From a virus (Duplodnaviria; Caudoviricetes), in the IMG/VR virus record IMGVR_UViG_3300029305_003710, positions 1-64,000 of that record: 64,000 bases of DNA; one strand, 5' to 3'. The notes beneath the pieces were generated by a model, which made no database searches, was not told where the DNA came from, and saw only the letters and a list, made by a program, of their open reading frames with translations. A program made the position numbers and the translations under genes. Numbering within the stretch: position 1 is the first letter of the stretch; every line of letters begins with the position of its first letter. Shown piece after piece: positions 53,389 to 61,700 of this stretch.

Positions 53389-55593
53389 GTGAACATTTAC
53401 AAAAATACAATAGAAGTCGCTCGGAACTCTTTTAACGATGAGGGTGAGGGGATTGTCTCCTTCCCTAACGGTCTAGTTATCTCGGACTCTGAAGTTCAGA
53501 GAAACGGAACTAGATACGATATTGATTCTCTTGACATCTCGAAATACGCCGGTCAGCTTACTGCCGACCATGAAGATAAGTTGCAAAACATTATCGGACG
53601 TGTTGAAGGGGTGAAAAAGAACAATGGTCGTGTTACCGTTGACCGTATCGTTTATGCCGTCAAGCAAAATCCGCTAGCTAGATTAGCTTACGATTTGTTG
53701 GTCGGTGGGTTCTCGAAGGCTTTTAGTACGGAAACGATGGGAATCTCTAATACTGCGGACGGAACTCTAGCTAATCATGAGTTGGTCGGACTGTCGCAGG
53801 TAGTTGTTCCTAACAATTACTCCGCGTGCATTAACTCCCTCAAGAAAAGCCTTAATCAGGCTAAAGCTGATGGACTAGATGTAAGTGGAATCGAAACAAT
53901 CCTAAATGGAGAAAACCAAATGGATGAAGAAGTAAAAACTCCATCTGAAGAGGTTAAAGAAGTCGAAGCTCCCGCAACTGAAGAAGTTAAAGAGGCTGAG
54001 CCTGTCGAGGAAGCAACTAAACCCGTTGAAGAGGTTGAAAATGCTTCCGAGGAGAAAACTGAAAACTCTGCTGAAGAGGAAGCTCCTGCTGAATCTGAAG
54101 AGCCTGAAACCAAAGAAGCAGACAAACCTGCTGACGAGGTGGAAGAGGTTGAAAAAGAGCTTGAAGCTGACAACTCCGCTGAAGAGATTGAAGAAAACGA
54201 AGTCGAAACGACCGACAATGAAATCTCTAACGAAGAAGTCAAAGAACTCTTCGACAAAATCGACAACTTAACCAAATTAGTTGAAGAAAGAACTGGGTTC
54301 GATGAACCCGACGGCGAGATTAAGGTTGAAAAAATCGTCGAAGAAGACCTTAGAAACTCGGCGGATGAAACTGAAGAAAATTTAACAAAGGAAGAAAATT
54401 CAATGACTAAAGATGAATTTGCCAACGCTTTCGCTGAAGCTATGAAAAACTACTTCGGTGACGCTAAAGCCCCTGAGTTCAAGAAAGAAGAGAACTCTGC
54501 GGATTATTCCAAACTTGATTCCAAAGAAATCTTTGGCAAACAAGTCAACGCTGCCTGGGACGCTTTCCGTGGTGGCAACATCGAGGCCCGCAAGACCCTC
54601 AATGAACTTAACAAAGTAAACTACAACGCTCTCAAAGAAGCTGGCATTGTTAAGAACGCCATGACCATCGAGTCCATGGGCAACTTTGTCCTTCCGCCTG
54701 AGATGTATCGTGAGATTATCGGGCATCGTAACGATTACTCCGCTATTCTCGACGCTACCGACTGGCAAGATACTGACCGCCTAGAGTTTGCGTTCCTCCG
54801 CCGCAACGGTGATATTTCCATGAAGAATGTCGCTCTCTGCGATGATGGTGAAAATGGCAACCTCAAACCAATCTCCGAATACTCTGCGGAACCGGTCACC
54901 GAGAAACTTGAAGAATTGGCTGCTGTTACGGTTGTTTGTACCGCTGCTACCCGTTTCTTCGCCGCTGACCTTCTTGGCGATGTCGCTGCTGGTTATCGTA
55001 ACGATTATGACCGCAAACGTGCTCAACTCGTAATCGCGAAACTCGAACAAGCTGTTATTGAGACCGGAAATGAAGTTTCTTATGACGCTACTTCCGATAC
55101 TGGAGCTATGGTTGCGTGGCTTGACGCCATGAGCAAAATTTCCGATACCACGACTGAGGGGACTCTTGTGTTTAATAGCAAGACCTTTGCTAAACTCAAG
55201 GCTCACGCTCTTGAGGCTGGTGTTAATGGTCCGCTCTCCGAAATCTTTACGACCGGCGATATTCCTCGTATCTTTGGTATGCGTTATATCGTTGTTCCAA
55301 ATGATTTGATGCCAACCATTGAATCTGACGATTCTGTCGCCTTCGAGGTTCAAGGCGTTAATGTGCCTATCACTCACGCTGTCTTCTATGGCGACCTTCG
55401 TGAGTTTACTGGCCGCACTTCTGGTGGTTTACAGTATGACCTCTCTACCGATGCTTCTTACGAAGTTGACGGTATAGTCAAATCCGCCTACCAAAGAAAC
55501 GAACTTGTCCTTCGTGGCTCGTTCTTCCGCGGTGGTGCTATCAAGGATAACAGCCGTATCGCTGGTATTCTTCAAACCCCTGCTGAATCCTAA
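53389..55593 (+). CDS. Prohead protease - acidic scaffold - major capsid protein (HK97 fold) polyprotein
   Basis: N-terminal protease (QRNGTRY, LTADHE, FSTETM, ELVGLSQVVVPNN), E-rich linker, capsid part GNFVLPPEM...EELAAVTVV...FYGDL. Confidence 0.88.
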   Translation: MNIYKNTIEVARNSFNDEGEGIVSFPNGLVISDSEVQRNGTRYDIDSLDISKYAGQLTADHEDKLQNIIGRVEGVKKNNGRVTVDRIVYAVKQNPLARLAYDLLVGGFSKAFSTETMGISNTADGTLANHELVGLSQVVVPNNYSACINSLKKSLNQAKADGLDVSGIETILNGENQMDEEVKTPSEEVKEVEAPATEEVKEAEPVEEATKPVEEVENASEEKTENSAEEEAPAESEEPETKEADKPADEVEEVEKELEADNSAEEIEENEVETTDNEISNEEVKELFDKIDNLTKLVEERTGFDEPDGEIKVEKIVEEDLRNSADETEENLTKEENSMTKDEFANAFAEAMKNYFGDAKAPEFKKEENSADYSKLDSKEIFGKQVNAAWDAFRGGNIEARKTLNELNKVNYNALKEAGIVKNAMTIESMGNFVLPPEMYREIIGHRNDYSAILDATDWQDTDRLEFAFLRRNGDISMKNVALCDDGENGNLKPISEYSAEPVTEKLEELAAVTVVCTAATRFFAADLLGDVAAGYRNDYDRKRAQLVIAKLEQAVIETGNEVSYDATSDTGAMVAWLDAMSKISDTTTEGTLVFNSKTFAKLKAHALEAGVNGPLSEIFTTGDIPRIFGMRYIVVPNDLMPTIESDDSVAFEVQGVNVPITHAVFYGDLREFTGRTSGGLQYDLSTDASYEVDGIVKSAYQRNELVLRGSFFRGGAIKDNSRIAGILQTPAES

Positions 55594-55627
55594 TTAAACA
55601 AAAACTTTAATAATCGGGAGTGATAAA

Positions 55628-56338
55628 GTGGACTTAACCCTTTATATCGAACTGACGGGTAACACCGTTCTAGAAAGCCAACGAACTAGGTATGAAGCGA
55701 TTATCGCTCGTGCCACTGCACAGCTAGAAAGTTTGCTGGGTTGGTCTTTCACTCCCGAAGCTCTTTACCAAGAAAAGGGCAAGACGCAGAATGGCTGTGT
55801 CTGCCCAGATACACCACAATCTGACTTACTCCCTGCTGATGAGGTTAAAGGGATTATCAAAGTCTTCCCCTACAACTGGAAAGATAAATTCCTGATGACC
55901 GACCCTTATACAGATGTATATAGTGCTAAATTAGTTAGGGTGTTAGATAACCGAGAATTTGTCACCTATAAGACTTTCGACCTAATTACTAAACAATATA
56001 TGGCTAACGGAATCGGGAAGTATATTGAGAAGTGCAAAACTTGTTATTGTGATTGCGATTGTAAGGATTGTGTCCAATTAGCTGTTGACGGCGAGTGGCT
56101 TAAAAAGAACGACGAATCTGGCTCTGAACAAGGATTGCCACTCGATTTGTTGTATCTCTTATGCGATATGGTAGACTACTATGCCGACCCTACTCATGAC
56201 ATTAAGTCTGAATCCGTAGATGGACATTCATGGTCTAAAGGTGATGTCAAAGCCCCTCACGAAACTGAAATGGCTCTGGCTATCCTCAAAAAGTATGCTG
56301 GGCCTTACGGGAGTATAGTTAGGATTCCGACGATATGA
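55628..56338 (+). CDS. Head-tail adaptor
   Basis: ATAQLESLLG, IKSESVDGHSWS, LKKY. Confidence 0.75.
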   Translation: MDLTLYIELTGNTVLESQRTRYEAIIARATAQLESLLGWSFTPEALYQEKGKTQNGCVCPDTPQSDLLPADEVKGIIKVFPYNWKDKFLMTDPYTDVYSAKLVRVLDNREFVTYKTFDLITKQYMANGIGKYIEKCKTCYCDCDCKDCVQLAVDGEWLKKNDESGSEQGLPLDLLYLLCDMVDYYADPTHDIKSESVDGHSWSKGDVKAPHETEMALAILKKYAGPYGSIVRIPTI

Positions 56339-56715
56339 ACCGACTGCTAAATTATCAAGACACCGTGAGACTGATACAAACCACTCAAAACGGTTGGGGA
56401 GATAATTCAATCGGTGTAGACATATTCGTCCCAGCCTTATTCCATGAGGGAACATCTCAATCTCAATCAAGTTATGTAGAAAGAATTGCTTGCGACGCCC
56501 ATGTCTACCTCGACCCCTCCAATGAGTTTATTCAAGCCAATGCTTTTAGGCTAGAGGGTATGTATATCGTGGCTAACTTATACGGGGGGATTGAAAGCGA
56601 AAGCTGGTATAAGATTTCCCGTGTAGTGGTTGGGCAACGAAAACTCCTCACCAACGAAATCAACAACGTCCACTGTTTTCTAACCAAGTGCGACGCTTTG
56701 GAGGAAGAGCCATGA
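56335..56715 (+). CDS. Head-closure protein
   Basis: Position and size; QNGWGD. Confidence 0.6.
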   Translation: MNRLLNYQDTVRLIQTTQNGWGDNSIGVDIFVPALFHEGTSQSQSSYVERIACDAHVYLDPSNEFIQANAFRLEGMYIVANLYGGIESESWYKISRVVVGQRKLLTNEINNVHCFLTKCDALEEEP

Positions 56716-57074
56716 GTGTAACGATTGAGAACCATACGGCTTACATCAAGTCTAGTATTGAAAATAATGTGGATTTAGCCATCCGCTTAATGCTTGAGGA
56801 CATCCACCGAGAATCTAACCCGATTACCCCTAAACGTCCTGCTCCAGTTGGCGGGACACTCCGCACGATGGTCTTAAAAGGGCTAGATGGCCCGCATAAA
56901 GGTTATATCGTCTGGAACGCTCCCTATGCGGAATATCAGGAACGTGGCTACACAACTGGGCCTGTGACTCATTACTCGACTCCAGGGACTCATGCTCACT
57001 TCGCTGAAGAATCCGTTAAAAAAGTAGTAAATCGAAGTAGAGATTACTTCGTCCAAGCAGGAGTTATCAGATGA
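56712..57074 (+). CDS. Neck / tail-completion protein (HK97 gp10-like)
   Basis: GGTLR, NAPYAEYQERG, PGTHAHF. Confidence 0.75.
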   Translation: MSVTIENHTAYIKSSIENNVDLAIRLMLEDIHRESNPITPKRPAPVGGTLRTMVLKGLDGPHKGYIVWNAPYAEYQERGYTTGPVTHYSTPGTHAHFAEESVKKVVNRSRDYFVQAGVIR

Positions 57075-57475
57075 GCGTGGCACAATCCTTCGTCAAATTA
57101 CTCGAATCAAAAGGTTATGGTGTATTTGGGCAGAACATCTTTCTGTATCGTGTCCCTAACTCTTTAAAAACACAAACCGAGCTGTTTTACATTATCCCTA
57201 GCGGGGGCTCTATAACAAGAACTTATCCCACTGGCGCTAAAGTAAAACTCTATCAGTTTTTAATCTACTTCCGCTCCAATAAGGCAGAAAGGGTCGATAA
57301 AGTCCTTTCTAGCATGGAAGAAGAATTAAACTGCTCTGGGTGTGTGAAATTAGAGGATTACGAGCTGGTCAGTATAAACACAAGTCAACTTCCGGCTGAC
57401 CAAGACCTCGATTCGGAAAACCGCATGGTTGGACTTTTGCAGGTTCAACTAGAGGTATATAAGGCTTGTAATTAA
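57071..57475 (+). CDS. Tail terminator-like protein
   Basis: Position upstream of major tail gene. Confidence 0.65.
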   Translation: MSVAQSFVKLLESKGYGVFGQNIFLYRVPNSLKTQTELFYIIPSGGSITRTYPTGAKVKLYQFLIYFRSNKAERVDKVLSSMEEELNCSGCVKLEDYELVSINTSQLPADQDLDSENRMVGLLQVQLEVYKACN

Positions 57476-57499
57476 AAACTTAAACAAGGAAAAACTATA

Positions 57500-58018
57500 A
57501 TGGCAAAAGTTGTAAGAGGCCCTTGGACTTTGAAGTGGGGCGAAAATACGATTACTGACGTAACCGAAATCGCCTTTAACTACGACCCAGCGACCAATGA
57601 TTACGAAACCGTGCAGGGCGATACCTACCAATTTGAGGGGAACATTGCAAGTAGCGTAGACCTGACCTTGCTTGCGACGGACGTGGACGCTCTCCGTGTT
57701 CTCTTCCCGCAATACTATGTTGCGACTGGTGGAACTCTCTCTACTGGCGAGACTGTTACGGCCGTAGATGGCGCTATCGACATCGTGGCCGCTTCTTGTG
57801 AATCGACCGATACGGTCTATCCGCTTGATGTCATCTCTTGTAATGGTGAAGTCACCCGCATTCCTAATGCGAAGACTGCTCTTTCGGGAATTGATATCGA
57901 TGGGACTGGGGCTAAAACGGTTACGGTTAGTTTCCGCAAAATGCCTGGTGCTTCCGGCACGACCTATGGTGCTGTTCAAATGTTCGCAGAAAACGGCATC
58001 ACTCCCGCAGAATCCTAA
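57500..58018 (+). CDS. Major tail protein
   Basis: Strong SD, 172 aa, followed by terminator and chaperones. Confidence 0.8.
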   Translation: MAKVVRGPWTLKWGENTITDVTEIAFNYDPATNDYETVQGDTYQFEGNIASSVDLTLLATDVDALRVLFPQYYVATGGTLSTGETVTAVDGAIDIVAASCESTDTVYPLDVISCNGEVTRIPNAKTALSGIDIDGTGAKTVTVSFRKMPGASGTTYGAVQMFAENGITPAES

Positions 58019-58034
58019 ACTCTGCTACGAGGAC

Positions 58035-58060
58035 AAAAGAGACCCTAAGGGGTCTCTTTT
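58035..58060. terminator. Intrinsic terminator
   Basis: aaaagagaccc-taag-gggtctctttt. Confidence 0.8.
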
Positions 58061-58132
58061 GGTACGACAGAGAAAACTCCTCATTTTATATAATAGTAGT
58101 AGAAACAAACAAATCTTAAACAGGAGTACCCT

Positions 58133-58453
58133 ATGAGTACCAGAATCAACTTAAATGATAATGTCGAAGCTAGCTACCCCTTCACCATTGGTGGGGTCGA
58201 TTTTGACTTGAAATATCCTACCCTTGAGGAACTAGAACCAATCCAAGCCATCAACGCAGAGCGGGAAAAAGCCCTAGCCGAGAAGGACGCAGAAAAAGTA
58301 GCAGAACTTGACGACAAACTTGAGAACACTTTTTACGGGTTTATTCAACCTGTTGACGGAGTGTCCGACATTCGAGATATTCTCAAGAAACAGTCCTTCC
58401 AAGTAGTCAAAGCTTTCAATAAGATGGTAACTACTCAACTGTCGGTTGACTAA
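58133..58453 (+). CDS. Tail assembly chaperone
   Basis: Between major tail and tape measure genes. Confidence 0.7.
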   Translation: MSTRINLNDNVEASYPFTIGGVDFDLKYPTLEELEPIQAINAEREKALAEKDAEKVAELDDKLENTFYGFIQPVDGVSDIRDILKKQSFQVVKAFNKMVTTQLSVD

Positions 58454-58731
58454 TGGCTATTGTTAAAGCCAAGCCAATCCCAGGCAAAACACAAACAGGA
58501 CAATCAAAAAGGGAGGTATATGCGGAGGTGGCGTATTACTATCCACAATACACTCTACAAGAGGTGGCTAAACTTCCCGCAAGGGACGTAACGCTTTTGC
58601 TGAGAACTGCCAGACGCTTACAGGCGGTAGAGATGTATAACCTCGTACAGATAGCGACTGCTCCTCATACGAAGAAAGGGCAGGGGGTCAAAAAGTTATC
58701 AGACCACTATAAGAAAGAATCCCAGCGATGA
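58453..58731 (+). CDS. Second tail assembly chaperone
   Basis: TAATG coupling; YYYPQYTLQEVAKLP. Confidence 0.65.
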   Translation: MAIVKAKPIPGKTQTGQSKREVYAEVAYYYPQYTLQEVAKLPARDVTLLLRTARRLQAVEMYNLVQIATAPHTKKGQGVKKLSDHYKKESQR

Positions 58732-61700
58732 ATTTTGACGGCGGAACCGTAAGATATAACATTGAAGTAGACACGAGTAAATTTACCCGTGATTTGGACG
58801 CTCTTGATAAAGAGTTTGAGCGTTTGTCCACTAAATACGACGCCCTTTTTGAGAAGGGCATTATTGATGAAAAAGACATCAAGAAAATCGAAGAACTTAA
58901 ACAGGAACTCGCCCTTTTAGGTAAGGTTATCGAGGAAGCCGAAGAAGGCTCTGACGAATACGAATACGCTCTCCAACAAGCTAACAAGGCGATGGATGAA
59001 TTTGCCTCTACTTTAGGAGAAACTAGGGTCGCCGCCAAAGAAACCGTAGAGCCAATGGAGAGCCTTGGGAGTGCTATCTCTAGCCTTGCGGGGAAAGCTG
59101 GGCTATCTGCCCTCAAAGGGCTAGCGACTGGGGCTACGACTGCTCTAGTGGGGTTAGCCAAAAAAGGTATCAGTGCTACAAACTTCCTAGAAACTTCACA
59201 GACGGCGATGAGCGGTCTTTTGGGCTCAATGGAATTGGGGAGGCAGGCTATGGGGGTTGCCGCCGACTTCTGGTCTAACAATCCGTTTAACCGTTTTGAC
59301 GTTACAGACGCTACTAAACAACTTGTTCAATATGGTAGGCAAGTCGGACAACTCGGCGATGATTTGAAAATCCTCGGCAACGTGTCGCTATCTACTGGTG
59401 TGAGTATAGATGAGCTTGCTGTTAGATATGGTAGAGTAGCCTCCTCTGGTAGGGCGATGACGGAAGACATTGAGATTATGTCTAACCGTGGCGTGCCAAT
59501 TTATCGAGAACTCGCCAAAGTATTGAACACTACTCAACAGGGCGTGCGTGATTTTGCCTCTCAAGGCAAGATAGATTTTGAGACCTTTAGAAAGGCTATG
59601 GAAGGGGCGGTTGACCCTGAAGCCATGGAGAAATACGAGCAGACGCTTGACCGTGCCAAAGACAAGTTGAGCGGTTCTATCACTACCCTAGCAGGGGCAC
59701 TCGCTGGCTACAAGATTGAAAATAGTCAAGTCGTTATCGCTAATGAAGGCTTGTATCGTTCGTGGATTAACCTACTCCGAGCTATCGCTGGGGATTCTAG
59801 CGAGGGGACAGGTCTAAGAAACCCCAAACTCCTTGAGGGCTTACAAAAGATAGGCGAAGCTATCGCCAAGGTGATTGACAAAATCGCTGACAACATTGAG
59901 CCTGTCTTTAATGTATTAGGCCAGATAGTCAACTTTATTGGCGACAACTCTGCTTTGATTATCCCTATCGCTGGAGTGGCTCTAAATGTTATATCGGGAT
60001 TAGCCAGCAAAGTCCCTCTGTTAGGGAGCGTGTTTGGAAGCTTCGGCAAAAACGTTTCCGGCATATTAGATATTGTCAAAAAGCTGTTGAAGTTTAAGCC
60101 TAGTGTATTAGGGTTTATCGCTGTGGTCGGGACGGCTCTAGTGTCCTTAATGTCCACAGACGACGAGTTTAAGCAATCGGTTGCGGAACTCTTTACTTCG
60201 CTAGGAAGTATCATTAAAGATTTACTCCCCGTCTTTCAAACTCTAGTCTCTGCTTTTCTGACGCTTGCTAAAAGCAGTGTGGTCACTGGTGCTTTGAAAA
60301 TTATTGTCAATCTTGTCTCGCAACTCGCTTCCTTACTCGCAAGCGTGCCGTCTGAAGTTTTAATCAGTATCGTAACCGCTATTCTAGCTATCAAGGCTTC
60401 GAGTATTAGTCCTTGGCTGTTGTGGATTGCCGCTATCGGAGTGATAATCGACATTCTAAAAGACCTTGCCCCCAACTTCTACGAGGCGGCTCATAACGCA
60501 ATTATTGGATTAGTAAACGGGTTTAATGAAGGAGTAAGAACCGTTGTAGAAACGGCTAAAAATCTTGCCAAATCTGTCGTAAACGCCTTTAAGAGTGCTT
60601 TGGGGATTCACTCTCCTTCCACTGTGATGTATGGGGTAGGACAGAATGTAGGGATAGGTTTAGCTGACGGCATTACAGATTCCTCCTCCGTCGTTCAAAA
60701 AGCGATGGACAATCTCGCCAAAGATGTACTTTCTAAAGCAAATCAAGTTATAACTAATCGTAAAGATTTTGGTTTAATTGATGCTAACGGAATGTATAAA
60801 GATTGGAAGAAAGTTGCCAATCTCTTTACCATTGGAAGCGAACAGTATGAACAAGCCATCGAGAAGATGGAGGAAGCCCGCAAACAAGTCAACCTTGAGA
60901 TTATCAGCCTACAAAATGAGTATAACTCCAAGCTAGATGAATCCATCAAAAAGATTAAGAGCTTTTATAATCTATTCGACGAGGTGTCTACTAAAGGTGG
61001 CAAGAACGCTCAACAGATTATCAAAAACCTAGATAAACAAGTTGCCCAAACCGCTGAATGGGCGGAAGCTCAAAAGATTATCTCGGGGCTTGACCTTGAC
61101 CCACAATTCATCGAAGAACTCAAAGAGATGGGGGTGGATTCCGTCTCCGAACTCTCCTCGATTGCTAACATGACAACTTCCGAGCTAGAGCAGATGAACA
61201 CTCTCTGGCTCAAGAAACAAACCATCGCCACTGAAACCGCCACTTCTCAACTAGCCGACTACAAACAAGATGTCCTCGACCAAGTGGCTGAGCTCGCTGA
61301 CGGAATTGACGGAGAAACCGTTTCGCTCACTGAAGAGGGTGGAAGATTAGTTTCCTCTATTAGTGAGGGAATCACTGGTGCTTTGCCTACCCTCGCGGGT
61401 TCTCTAGCCCAGATGAGCGACTATATCGCTGACGCTACTAAAAGCATGACTTCTAGTACGAGCGGATACACAGGCGGGTACGACACAGACACAGGTGGCG
61501 GGAACGAAACTGAAAACCTCTCTAACTTACTGGGTCTAGGGAACATTGAAGAAACCGCTAAAAAGTGGGTCTCCGAGAAACTCCATGTCCTTATTGGGAT
61601 TATTGGAGGCGGGTTAGCCCTTAAACTCTTACCAGGGATTGCTTCTAAAATCAAATCTGCTGGTGGGATTTCCAAACTTTTATCTGGTTTATTCGGAGCA

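Noticed and set aside
58133-58731. Classic tail-chaperone -1 frameshift
   Set aside because: The -1 frame has a TGA two codons before the second ATG and there is no slippery heptamer; the genes are coupled by TAATG instead.
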